Below, piece by piece: positions 26,206-39,190 of a stretch of 64,000 nucleotides of DNA. Position numbers and translations under genes: made by a program. The DNA is taken from assembly GCA_024137785.1 (NCBI GenBank), contig JAHRHZ010000062.1, forward strand, positions 26,832,244-26,896,243. Reading direction: 5' to 3'. The stretch comes from Ginglymostoma cirratum. Its lineage: Eukaryota. The notes under the pieces were generated by a model. That model had not been told where the DNA came from. It saw only the letters and a program-made list of their open reading frames with translations, and searched no databases. The first letter of the stretch is position 1. The number at the start of each line of letters is the position of its first letter.

Positions 26206-28524
26206 TCTTATGCCAGTCTTTTCATTTGCCGTAACTAGGTTCAATTTTCAGCCATCCAGCATTGTTGCCCATTTCCTTGCTGTTCATATCTCCCTGAAAA
26301 TTTCCCTCCATAGTTTCTCTTGCAAGTCTGTTTCTTTTTAAAGTGTGTCACACCCATATTCTTTGCCTTTTTGTGTATGTGTACAACAAATTTCTTTGTT
26401 TGTTCATTCAACACAGACATGTGGCATTTTTATCATGCTCCTTGAATAATAATGTAAGGCTTTAATTATTGTACAGTATAGTGGTTTATATAGTATTCTA
26501 ACGCTATTTTGTGAGAAAGTTAGAATAAGCTAAAATGCAGGCTTTTTTAATTTTAACTGTCCTTTAGTGTCATGTAAAAACACCATATTTTGTACAGAAA
26601 ACAAAAGGTTTAGCATTATAATGCTGCTTTTTACAAATTCCTTTCTATAGTATGCACAGTGTAGAAAAATTAAGTGGTCACAGAAAATGGTGGAAATATA
26701 GAATGTCTAATGAAACTCTAACAGTAAAAATTTTAACCTTGTAAGTATATAGCTACATACTGAATGTTTAAAAATTGGTAAAATATACCTCAGAGATTTG
26801 AGGTACACTCAAGGGGGTCAAATAATGGGATAAACAGCATAAGCTTCCCAATTGCACTTTTGCCACCTAGAACCATGATTGTGTTGACAGCTGTGTAACA
26901 CACTCACAGCCATCTGTTATTCTCTATGGCCTGGAAATGACACAGTGTGATATTAACGTGTGTGTTTGTATGAAATTACTTTGTCTGCTACTTTGTCAGG
27001 GCCATTAACCTGGTTATTTTAAATGGTTTAAGGACTTCTTTAATATAGCAGAAAAAGTATTTTAATTTAACCGCATCATTCATCTGTTTTTTAACATATG
27101 ATATAATTTTTACACTTACATGTTGTACAGTGGAAAAATGACGTGTTAAAAAGAAGATGAAATTAGTGTCAGGATACACCAGTGAAATGCTATGATTTGG
27201 ACCCAGGCATAGATATGTGAGGTGAGGCAGGATAGCTTTGAAGTATGCCTTAGATGTCAGGTATCAGCTAGGAGGATTAAGAAGACATGTTCCATGTGCA
27301 GTAATACAACATAACGGGTGGAGACTGTGAACAGTCAGTCACAGGTATTTCATGGTCCAGGATCACTCTTAGAAGATGACAGAGCAGGTTCCATTGGGCT
27401 CCAAACATATTATGTGCGAGTTCAGCACTAAACTGAGGTGTAAGGAGTATAAGATGAGTTTGGAAGTAAGATAATGGACAAATGTCTATGGGAAACTGAC
27501 AGAGAAATGAACACAGTGGCATCTTTGAACAACCTGTTTATTAGCAACTGATATACTGTTGAAACGATAATTATTATTAATCATCCTGTATTTTAATATG
27601 AATTTCCAAGAATGTCACACATTGAATTATACAAGAGCTGGCACATTGAAAGAGACATCAAAATAAGCTCCATTCCCTACTCTATCCCCGTAGCCCTGCA
27701 AATTGTCCACATGTACTCATGGTAGGATTACTTTGAGATGTATGGATTTTATTTCCTTGGATGGATAACCTTTGAGTAAGAGGAGCTGACTGTCCGAAAT
27801 GCACACAGACCAGCACTATCTGTCTGGGAGGTTGAACATTTCTGTACTTTCGTGACATTGATAGGGAAAAAAAGAACCATTTGCACTCATCACAGTGCTG
27901 GCTGCTGGAGTCATGACAGCATTGCTGCCCTGCCAGCCCTTGCTCTTGTCAGCTCCAGAGAGCAGCAGAGAAGCAGTTTGTTCCTGACAGCACACAGCCC
28001 CTCTGCTGGGCCCTGGTTTCATGTTACATTAAGTATTAGTGCTGTTCTTTCAGGAGCCATTATGCTGCAACATCAAAGATCGACTTGCAGGGCAGTCCTA
28101 GGTTAGTCCCGATTTCTGCTGGACCTTTTCAGGCATGAAATGAAATGTACATGATTAACCTAGTGCTGATAGTGAGACAGAGTTTTGATCCTGATCTTTT
28201 TTTGTGTGTGAGGGGAAGTGGATAATTTCCATCTAATTATACATATTTTAGAGAAAGCCTAAGGAATATTCAGTGCATAAAATGAAGTTGTGGCATTGTG
28301 GTGCTTTGTTCTTGTTGTAGATGGTGATATCCTTAGAATGGAATAAATTAAAGAGGCATTTACTTTGCTAGTTTGTTGTTGATGTCAGGCTTATCTACAG
28401 GTGCTGAAAAACTCAAAATAAGGGTCATTTCTTCAAGTGTGTCTGATGGCTCTGCCATCTCCAAACAACAATATAAGTGCACAGTGAGCATACTGCTGAT
28501 AGCAGACATGTTTCTTTGAGTCTG

Positions 28525-28632
28525 GGTTTGATTTATTGGTGTCACACATACCAAGATGCAGTGAAAAGTGTTGTTTTACATACTACACAGGCAGATTGCA
28601 CCATGCAAAGTGCATCAGGGTAGCAGAACAGA
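28525..28632 (-). repeat. Short interspersed repeat (probable LINE 3' tail), copy 1
   Basis: TTTGATTTATTG.TGTCACA..GTGAAAAGT.TTGTTT..ACAGGCAGAT..ACCATGCAAAGTGC..AGGGTA..AGAACAGAG, shared with 53991-54100. Confidence 0.7.
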
Positions 28633-30914
28633 GACCAATAAAAGCAGGCCTCATGCCCACCCTGTAGAGGCTGGTATTTTAATGATCACAGGCCCAAACA
28701 GCCTGTCTCCAACCAGTAGACAAGGCACTGTAACAGCAATATACGATCTTAAACTAACTGTACACATCTACAACATGCCTAAAGATGATAACGTAAAAGT
28801 AGAATCTGTACCATTATGTAAATAAGCTAACTTCTTGTAGGGAGTCAGTTTTTCAGGACCATTTCCTTGAATCACACGCTGCTTGGCTTGGAAAATTTGG
28901 ACCCTACTAGGCCAGTTTGGTTTTTCTTTTACTATCTCTGCATTTTGCAGGCTGCTATAGACTAATGGGCCTTTGACATTATTAAATGGATTCTGGGAGA
29001 GGAGCCTAAGTTGTCCTGCTAGTGTAACTGGGAGTTGTTCCCAAAGGACATGCTGCAAGCTGCCTATGTGACATTTTGTCCGGTATGTAATTGATAGAGT
29101 ATTGGTGTCGCCTTTTGACATTAATATAAAAATACTGAATCTGTCTGGCTGCCTTATAGTATTAACATGAAGATAATGAATATGTCTGTACTCATTAATA
29201 CCACAATACAATGTCCTGGTTTCAACAAATATCAATGCCATACATACCCCAGCACAACACTTACGAGCATCATTAAGTCAATCAGCACCCAGCAAAACCT
29301 AGTGAAATAGTGGTTTTATGTGCTGCTACTGTGAAAAAATTCAGCATGTTTACCTATGATGGGATTAGTGGCTGTTGGTGACCCAGACCAGAGGAATGGT
29401 AGCCTGAAAGGAATGTGCAATTGATGATAATACGAAATTAAATATAATATTTCAGCACACTGTGTGTTTAGTTGTCATTACACACATTTTGTTCATTAAT
29501 ATTATTTATAATTCTATATCACAAGAATGAAAGTGCCGATTAGAGGGTGAGGGTTAGTCATAAGAACAATTGTTTTGATTACACAGTTACAGTGAATGAA
29601 TGGCAAATTGGAGACTCTAGGCTTGGTTTTCATTTATGATATGTATAATTTTGCTTCTGCATGCCTGTGGGACATGTGACATTGTTTCGTATCTGTAAAA
29701 ATGCAACGTCTATCTCTTAATTTCTAGCTAAGAAGAGACCAAAAAGTACAAACTGTGTTATTTTAAAAGACAAGTTTGGAGCCAGCATCTTGTCTTGATT
29801 CTCTATCAGACGGGTAAGAACTCAGTGTTTAGAGTAGCTGTGACCTGCCCTCCTCCAATGATGTATAGCCAGTTGCCTCAAACCAATTTAGGAAGTACAA
29901 TTTAAGTAGAGAGTCTAGGGTTTTAGCTTTGAATCATTTCTGTCAAATTTTGTCCAATGCCTCAGTGAGTAAGTGCATTAGATGCTGTAATACCAGACCA
30001 TGCAAATAAAGAAGGCATCAGGCTCAAGGCCAGGACTCTACTGAATTAGCTATTCTTCACTGGTCTAATGAAAGTGGGACAATAATCGTTGTTAATACTT
30101 GGGAGAAAATCAGCCTGTTTTTCATAGGTACTGCGTGAGCATTAGATTGAGCTTGGCTTGCATGCCTAATCTTATTGGTATTTTGTTAAAGTTATGGCCC
30201 AGGAGTGGAGTATAGAGCATTAATCTATTTTTTGTTGAATTTGCTGAATTTTGCTGTATTGGGTTTAGTCCTCTATTGAAAAGGAAAACAGAGAGATAAA
30301 CTTCAACCAATACCATTCCCAATGTTGTGGATTGGATTTTGTGTCTGCAAAGTAGGTGGGTTACCCCTGCCAATCCCTGGCTGTGGCCTTGTAGATGCTG
30401 AAATTGGAAGCCAATCTGCCATTGTGAAATTAGCAACTAACAAATGATTGAGCATATTAAAGAACTGTTTGAATGCGACTTTTTGTTGTTTGCTGCACTT
30501 TTCAAAGCTCATATGGGAAATCATATGGGAGTGTCTTATGGCAGTTTTGACGAGTTGGTACAAGGGTGGAATACAATGGCTGCCACCAGGACTATGTTTG
30601 CATTTAGCAGCAGAGCCTGCTGGTGAATGTGGCAGCATCTGTATGATTTCTGTCTTCAGTGATTCTTTTGAGCTTTTCATAAGAAATAAGGTCAGATTCA
30701 GAGGTCAGAAGGCCTTTAAACTGATGGCTTGTTCCAGCATAGGCTCTATCACATGACATCTCAGTCTAGATTACTGATTACCAACAGAGCTGCTGGATGG
30801 CCGCTTGATTCACTGAGCTGAGATGACAGGTGCAGGACAGACAGACCTATTACTTCATTCCAGTTCCCTTGCTCTCATATAAACTATTAAATTCAGGCCC
30901 ATGATTCACTTTTC

Positions 30915-31580
30915 TATTCTTCCATGGGATGTGGGCATCACTCGCAAGGCTAGCACTCATTTAATATAGCTTATTGCCTTAGTATTAAGTTTGTAATTAA
31001 GCCAGTTTCCGTAGTGCTTCAGTCCCTTGGTGGTGACATCTGTAGTGCTGATGGACATAGAATTCCAGGATTTGGGCCACCAGAAAGGAAAAAGCAGATG
31101 TAAAATTCCAAGTCAAGATTGGGTATGACATGGATAGATGTTTTGCTGTTACCATGCCCCTCCTGCTATTGTTCCACTAGGTGATGGAGGTGGAAGATTT
31201 GGGAAGTGCTATGAAGCCTTGGTAAGTTGCTGCAGTGACTTTTGAGAATGTTAAATACTGTAGAAATGATGCTGGTGGGCGAGGAAGTGACTGTTTAAGA
31301 TATGGTTGGACTGCTGACAAAACAGACTTTCTTGAGAATTGTTGGAGCTGCATTATCCAAGCAAGAGAACAGTATTCCATCACAATCCCAATCTATCCTT
31401 GTAGATTGGGGATATGCTTTGGTAGAAAGGAGATGGGTTACCTATTACAGATTTCCTGGTATTTGCCCTGTTCTTGTAACCATGGTACTTATTTGCTTGG
31501 TTCAGTTTCTGGTTAGTGGTGACTCCAGGACTTTGGTGGCAAGGGATTTGCTGATGGTAATGCCACTAAATGTTAACGAG
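30915..31580 (-). mobile_element. CR1-clade LINE 3' fragment (second subfamily)
   Basis: ORF 31177-31383 begins MMEYCSLAW (RT C-terminal VMEYSPLAW-like); tail GATGCCCACATCCCATG on the minus strand. Confidence 0.75.
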
Positions 31581-34500
31581 AGTGCAGTAAGGGGATCACT
31601 CTTAACTGGAACACAGAGACATTTTCAGAAAAAGAATTTACTTTATTCTGCTTATTCTGACAGAATGAGAATTGGTCGTCTGCGTGAAATTTATCACTTA
31701 TGCCTTCCTGACCACAAAATGGGTAATGACCTTTGAACAAAAATCAAAAATAAATTTGATTGGCATTAAACTTATGTACCTGCCGGCTGAATAACAGTCT
31801 TAATGTAATCAATCTGACTGTAGAAATAAGCCCGAGTCCAGGGATATTTCATTGTCTCTTGGTTTTGGGGACTGGGGTACAAGAAGTATAACTTATAGAG
31901 AATACAATACAAATACACTGCGTTACAAAGCAGCACAAATTCAGGTACTAAACAGAGTACAGTAAGTTTGGAGGAAGGAATGCACAGGATTCTGTGCTAT
32001 CCCACACCCCTCCACCTCCCCAAAAGAGTGTGCCTGCTGTCCTCTTAATGAGTAGAAATATATTAAAGTACTTGTTGTGCTAATCACAAAGAGCGCTGGT
32101 TCCTTCTGCAGGCTTAGGGTCGAGCACTGCTGTAATAAGAGCTAATGAGATTTGATTGGATCCCCGTGTTGGTCTATGAAAGGCAATTATAAAAATTAGT
32201 AAAAGTCAACTATGTCGAATACAATTTTTAATCCACCCTGCTGATAAAGTGTTGTTATTTTTGTTCCAATTTCAGGTAAGGGAAACCATTCTTGAATTCT
32301 TCTGCTGCCCTCACACGCCACCTCTCCCCACCCCATACCACTACCTGAACTTGAGAGAAATAACTCCCAATTGCAAATTAGTTTTGAAAATGTAAAAAAA
32401 AGTGTATATCAAGAGATTTTTTTAAATAGCTGCCATAGGCTGGGGAATTTAAAAAAGAAACAGAGTGAAGTTTGTTTAATTTCTTAATACTGGGAACCTG
32501 TTGAATCTCAGACCTGCATTGTATTTGGTAGTTAGTGGAATGAATGGGGTGAAAGTTACTTTTATAGACTTATTTTTCCCCTCTAAACCTTGTGGCATTA
32601 GGTTACAAATACTTTCTCAGTGAAATCAGCCCCATTACAATAAAATGCTTTATTGTCCTTTTGGAAAGCGTCATGCGCAGGAAATCACAAATATAAATTC
32701 ACAATTCACAATTCAAGGTCTGCTGAGAGTATATCACTTAGACAGTCATTAGTCAATCCAAAAATGGAATTTGTTGTCAGGAATAACATTTTTTTTTGGA
32801 GCTTGTAACTCTTGGAATAATTAGTTACTGAAATTGTGTATTGGAAAATTAATTAAATCAAACTGGTGTACAGTAGCTGACATGTACTTTTGTTAACATT
32901 TCTGGAAAGAAAGGCTTGGTAAATTGTAGTCAAGGCAGCAGGTTTTATGTAAAATTAATATTTTACTACTGGACCCTTAAAATCATCAGTGAATCTTATT
33001 GACCTGTTAGCGAACTCCCAAATGCAGTGTGACGATGCATAGTCCATTTCTGAGGCCATAAAATAATAAGACTTTTCTATGTGACTACAGAACACAAGTT
33101 ATTAAAGTTTAATTTAGCTTTTCATGCCAGAATACACAGCAATGCAACCTCTGCATGCCTTGCATTTTATCATTAAGACATTAAAGTAGCATCTCCAGAG
33201 TTCCACGAAGTACTGTCTCCAGCTGGTGGGTAATAATTATCCAAAATTTATCCAGAAAATGTTGAAAAAACAATTAATATGCATATACTGAATGAGAGAG
33301 AGAACAAAAAGGGCACCTTGAAAGGCAAAGAAAGAAGAAATATGAAAAGAACCAAGGATATAGAAGCAGTAAGAGAGGCTGTGAGACGCAGCAAACCAAA
33401 AAATTACAACATACAACAGGCTGAAAAGTGAAAATAAAATACAGTCAGTGGGGCAAATTGTAGTATAGCTAGCATGACACAGAAATGTGGGAAGAGGCGC
33501 TGGAGGTAAGACAGATGTATAGAAATGAATGAGAGCAGAGAATAATACAGGTAACAGGATATAAGAACAGAAAGAAACAATGGGAAAACAGACTGAGTAG
33601 AGCTGGATGGAGATTAGGAACACTAAGAGTCAGTGGTGATGAGATAGAAAGGAGTGTATTTAACAATGTTGGCAACATCTTGATCTTCAGAAGTGGAATA
33701 TGTTTCGTTAACGGCCCATTTTTGAACTCAGTATTAATGGTGTTATCAGCACAATCCTCAGAGTGCTGGCTCAAAACAAATGTACTAAGAATAAGCACTT
33801 AATTCACAGAAGAGTCATATCTTCATTCTAATTACCATTACAACATTAAAGTGAGTGATCAGTGAATATTAGGAAAGACTAAAGTATGATCCACTATATA
33901 AAATTTGGGTGTTACAACACTCCTTTATTTACTTCAGACCTTCAAATTTTGCATCTCAGAATAATCTGTGATGAAACATCTTGTGTCCTGTACATTTTTA
34001 AGACATTGTGCAAACCTCACAAGACTTAAGACTAATTTCCCTCTCCGATTCCCACCATCAATATATTAAAAGCACATTTCAATGAAAGTTTCTTCTCTAC
34101 ACTGATGGTAAATGTCTTTATTGAAAGATATGGACAGTCTTAACCAAGTTTCTAGCATACATGAGCCTGCTGTACAGAATTATTCACACTTATAGTAAGG
34201 CCATTTTGGAAAATGGAAAAGTTACACTGGTGTAATCAGGCTTAATTTCCTGAGGTTCAGGCTAAGGTATGTTGCTGGGGTTAAGGTATATTACTTGGAT
34301 AAAGTAAACTTTACATCTGATGTGTGAGCACTCAATAGCAGCATTCAGTACTAAAACTAGAAATGTATTCCATTTGCAATGCTGAGACCCTAATCTTGAT
34401 AAGCACAAATTTTATCCTTCAGTGTCTTATTTTGACTTTCCCTTCATTAGTTGTAGTCTTATCACTCAGAAAACCATTGCTCATAGTCGTTATATTCATT

Positions 34501-35019
34501 TGTTTGCTTCAAGCAGTAAATTCTTTCCACAGAAAACAAATACACAGAGCATAGCAATGCACTCAGTTTGCTTGTTGTGAAGTTTATGTTTAGATTTCCT
34601 TGTCAATGCCAGACAAAACTATCAAGTCAACGGGTGCAATTCATACATCTTTACAAGGATATCTTTGAAATAACTGGGCACTCATACAAAAGAGAGAAGA
34701 GGGGGAAGCGGAAAATGATTGGGACACCAAGAGATGCCTGGTCCGTACATGACCTCAAGGCTAGAATTTGAAATCTGCTTTTCTTATATCTCATTCTTCC
34801 ATACATGTTGTATACAGATTCCATTTCTAAGATAAATCTCTAAACACTTCCTACATATTACACATCAATGTTTTGAGCTGAAGGTTCAAGCTTATGTTTG
34901 CAGGGGTGTTGGTAGTTGTGGAGAAGTGGGGGCAGTGGGTGGAGGGGGGAGGGCAATGCTGGTATTCGGGAACAAATCCATGCTATTGATTTGCATTACT
35001 CAAAATGGTACCAAGGCAC

Positions 35020-35500
35020 AAATTTACTAATGATGAAATTGAAGACATCTTGAGGGTTTGAAAACGCTTTGGCAGTGCATCAGTATTGTGGTGCAATCCC
35101 AGAGCGGATTCCCCTTGCTCATTTTACAGTAGCAACATGGTATGTTCTTTGGATTCCAATACATTTGAATCTAAATGGGGTTAGGTAAACTCTATTAAGG
35201 ACTTTGACTTGGATCAATCTTAACCTCACATTTTCTGAAGCTGGAGTAATTGACTTATTTATACCTTTCCATATCTCAGAACACTGATCAATAGTAAGGA
35301 CTTTAGCCTGGTCTTTATTCTGTACCTGACGAAGTGCCTTTACACATATGACATATTTCCCTAATGAGAAATTTACGGAGCGGTAGAACAAAGTGCTCAT
35401 CCTTCTGAATAGTGATAGTTTTTATAATTCTGTCAAAGTAGGTGGGCAATTTAAATAACCTCTATCAAGCTACTTTTATGGAAGCACTCAACTAGAGATA
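35020..35500 (-). mobile_element. L1/Tx1-clade LINE fragment (zf-RVT region)
   Basis: ORF 35119-35400 contains W..I...SENVRLRLIQVKVLNRVYLTPFR, matching the LIQFKxLHRxYxTPxR motif preceding the C-terminal zinc finger of L1-type ORF2. Confidence 0.75.
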
Positions 35501-35571
35501 CATGAATCTTTGATCATATAATTTAAGTTTTACCAGCTATATTTCAGGAGTGCAATTAAGCCTTCAATTCA

Positions 35572-35736
35572 GGGCGTAGAGCTGGATGAATGCAGCAGGC
35601 CAAGCAACTGAAGAAGGGTCTAGGCCCGAAACGTCAGCCTTCCTGCTCCTCTGATGCTGCTTGGCCTGCTGTGTTCATCCAGCTCTATACGTTGTTATCT
35701 CAGATTCTCCAGCATCTGCAGTTCCTGCTATCTCTG
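35572..35736 (+). mobile_element. Penelope-like fold-back insert with intact hammerhead core and TSD
   Basis: Arms TAGAGCTGGATGAA..CAGCAGGCCAAGCA / TGCTTGGCCTGCTG..TTCATCCAGCTCTA; core CTGAAGA-A-GGGTC-TA-GGCCC-GAAA-CGTC (35608-35635); TSD AAGCCTTCAATTCA (35558-35571) / AAGCCTTCAGTTCA (35737-35750). Confidence 0.88.
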
Positions 35737-35844
35737 AAGCCTTCAGTTCATCCAATTTCTTCCAATTTGCACTCTTTTCAATTTATACCTTTTGTTCCAT
35801 GATCAAATTAAGATTATAAAATTGGTGCCTGATAAACAATATTG

Positions 35845-36230
35845 CCAGAGGTTGAGCACATAGTCTAGGCCAACATTCTATTGCAGTCTTATGGGAGTGC
35901 TGTATAGTTGAAGATGCCATCCTAGAGATTTTCAAGTAAAACCAGATCAATGTTTTCCAGTGGTCTAAGATTTGATCATACTATTTCAAAGTTGTCAAAT
36001 GCATTCCAGTGTAATTGCTTATATTATTTCCTTGATCAATACTTACAAAACATAATTAACTGGTCAATCATTCATTATTGGTAATAGGATCTCTGTGTAT
36101 GCGAAATAACTGCCACAATAGCTTCCTTGACAATAGTCAATAGGTTGCAATGTGATCAGTTAATTTCATATGAAGTATATTGAAATATTTATGAGTGATG
36201 CAATAGGTGCTAGATAAATAGTGTTATTTT
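35845..36230 (+). mobile_element. Decayed Deu-domain SINE (SacSINE1-like) with L2-type tail
   Basis: GAGCACATAGTCTAGGC..TGCAG..GGGAGTGCTG..GATGCCATC head and AGGTGCTAGATAAAT tail; recognised from memory of the family. Confidence 0.55.
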
Positions 36231-36562
36231 TCTATTTAAAAAATGGTCATGACTATGACTAATGATGCAACATGCTGCACATTGCAGCCAACTAAGGCTT
36301 GGCAAACGATAAATGAAGCCATAGCACAAAGAGACCGAGCTTGGAATGAACATCAATTCCCCAGTGGACATCCAACTATGCTGTTTTCCCTAATGCCAGG
36401 TGGAGGAGTCTTCAAAGAGAAGTGATCATAGCCAATATGATACAGGATAGTTATATAGGTAGAATGAAGCCCTAAATCAGAGTACGTTTTGCATGCATCA
36501 ACTACAATCGACTAAATGCAGTAGGAAACTTAAAGAAAAAATTAAAATGTTTGAGACTTGAA

Positions 36563-36845
36563 CACCGGCAAGCATTTTCTACGATTGTTTGTTACCATTG
36601 TAAAATTGCTAAATTGAACATACCAAAGTTGTTTTGTTTAATGCCATCTTGGGACCCACTTTGCAATTGCCATGCAGACAACATGGTAGGCCAGCAGATT
36701 AGATTCTTAAGGTTTGCATGGACATTATCATCACAACATCATTAAATATTTTTGCTGGCATGAGAAAGTAGGAGAAGGAAACTTGGATTTTACACCTTGT
36801 TTTTAAGCAGTTACATTTGCACAGAAGACATCAATAATGCCATTT
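36563..36845 (+). repeat. Long inverted repeat, left arm
   Basis: Reverse complement of 37816-38097 by manual alignment; ORF track echoes it (QAFSTIVCYHCKIAKLN vs QAFSIVICYDCKIVKLN). Confidence 0.97.
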
Positions 36846-37815
36846 TAGGAAAGAAACATATCTCTCTGGTTGGAAGCCCAGTGTTCTAGCATTGTAGCTA
36901 CTGATCAATCTCGAAGTTTGTCCACTTACATGGAAAGTATCATTCAAACTCAAATATGGCCATATATCTTAAACAATGACAATACATTGACTTATGCATT
37001 AACTAAAATAGCAGATTGTCAAATGTGGAATGAGAAACCCTCAAAATGTTAGCCAAACAAAGCTGTGAGGTAGCAGCTGGCTCTTTGTCTACTGTCTAAC
37101 AGCTAAGTACTGTAGTACATTTCCTTTGCAGCTTTCAAAATATGTACATTTCCTATCAAATAACCTCTGCAAAAATAACACTTTGCAAAATGCTCTCAGT
37201 AAGTGTTGTGAAGAGGAGTTGTTATTTTGAACTGTACAGAAGAGTATCTCCTTATTGGCAATATTCTGTGGAATAGATCAAAATGGCATTCCTCTGCTTA
37301 GACAGCAATTTTAGCCCCTTTCTCAGGATTTTCTTTTAAATGGTAAGTCTCATTGAGATTTAACTCTGAAATTTAAAGGCATTGAACATTCAAAATAATT
37401 AAGGCTGAGGGATGGTATAAACTCTACCTCTGAACATACAATGAATCTTCTGAAGTTGAGACTCTGGTTTGGAGCAGAATAAGTTTCAATAACAGATTGA
37501 AAACGTATCATCATAGATGAAATTATAGTCTAATCCCTAGTACTCTTACACAGACCTTGCACAAGAAAAATTATGAGATACCACGCAATGAAAATAACAG
37601 GTGATTAAAGACTTCGGTGGAAATAAATATCAGTAGACATGTAAAATGGATTGCTGATTCCACCCATTTTACAGTCAGCCCTAACGTCACCATTTTGGAA
37701 TGTATGGGATCAAACAAACACGGAAACATCAAGTTACTTGTCAGACATTCTGCTGGTACCCTTTATAAATGACAGGTGGAGTCAGTTTAACAATTCAACA
37801 CCTTTGAATTGTAGC

Positions 37816-38097
37816 AAATGGCATTATTGATGTCTTCTGTGCAAATGTATCTGCTTAAAAACAAGGTGTAAAATCCAAGTTTCCTTCTTCTACTTCTCAT
37901 GCCAGCAAAAATATTTAATGATGTGTGATGATAATGACTGTGCACACTCTGAGAATCTTACTCTGCTGGCCTACTATATTGCCTGCATAGCAATTACAAA
38001 GTGGTTCCCAAGAGGGCATTACAAAAAATAGCATTGGTGTGTTCAATTTAACAATTTTGCAATCGTAACAAATAACAATAGAAAATGCTTGCCAGTG
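37816..38097 (-). repeat. Long inverted repeat, right arm
   Basis: Reverse complement of 36563-36845; 970 bp spacer between arms. Confidence 0.97.
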
Positions 38098-38669
38098 CTG
38101 CAACGCTGGAATAAGTAATAAGAAAACATCAGGACAGAAGTGTGGTTGGCTTGCTGAATCCACCACACCCGTTTTTTTTTCAAAGAAATTCATTAAATGA
38201 GATCAACTAAGTAGAAGGATTCAATGGCCTGGATTTTGTGGTTAGTATGGTAGAAAAACTGTCAGTATTTGCTATCATTCCCTCATAAAACTGATAACAA
38301 TATTTTGTGTTTGCAAATGAGAGAGCCTATTGAATTCCTCAGGTGGCCAACCTGTGCTACCCTACCATCTTCAATCTGTCCATAGTTTTATGGGGTTTGA
38401 CAAGACCTAGGTTGGCCTGCTTATTCTTTCCCCAACTGAGGTTCTTATGTAGTCAATTGCTATAGCCATAAATAAGTCCAGAAATGGTGGGCAAGTCTTG
38501 CAGAGATTCCTACTCTGGTTTTAGGTAGAGAAGTGGGGGAAACTATTTCCTCTACAGCCCACTTCCAAATACCATGAGCATGCTCCATGCTCACTGTGTC
38601 ATAATTGTGCAAATTTACACAAACAGCTACTGTGACACATATTCCTGTTTTTTACTAAAATTTCTTTAT

Positions 38670-39190
38670 TAGAACACAGAAGGAAGCCATTCAACCCTTT
38701 AAGACTTTCCTGGCCCTTTGTAGTCCAGTCAGCCCCATTCCCCTGCTCTGATCCAGTAGCTCTGCAAGTTTAATTCCTTTCGCGTCCATTCAATTTCTTT
38801 TTGAAATATTTGATCATTGACATTTCTATCCCTTTAGGAAACATTGCAAATGCTATGTCAAGAACTTTTCCCCCTATCCTTTGGCCAAAATCTCACATCT
38901 TTGACCCCTACTTACAATAAAGAATAGAAATAACTATTTGTTACTCACCTTATCTGATCTTGGGATAATCTTGTCCACCTCTTTTAGATTATCCTTTGAA
39001 CTTTGCTCCAAAGAGAACAATACCAAGCTAACCTTGTAGTTAATTTTCTTATCCCTGGAACCGTTCTGGTAAATCCACTCTGCAGCACCTAAAGGACTAT
39101 TACATCATTTGTAAATTGTGGTGAAAAAAATGGATGCAATGTTGTACCTATAACAGATAGTTATAATGGTTCTAACTCCCTTGCCCCCCA
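38670..39190 (-). mobile_element. Decayed CR1 3' fragment
   Basis: AGAACACAGAAGGAAGCCATTCAACCC inverted tail; CCTGGAACCGTTCTGGTAAATCCACTCTGCA encodes a decayed QRRFTR.VPG motif on the minus strand. Confidence 0.75.

Noticed and set aside
28768-29241. Longest ORF in the track (157 aa)
   Set aside because: No recognisable domain or exon context; length compatible with chance.
30122-30756. Four overlapping ORFs on both strands
   Set aside because: No recognisable protein or convincing splice sites.
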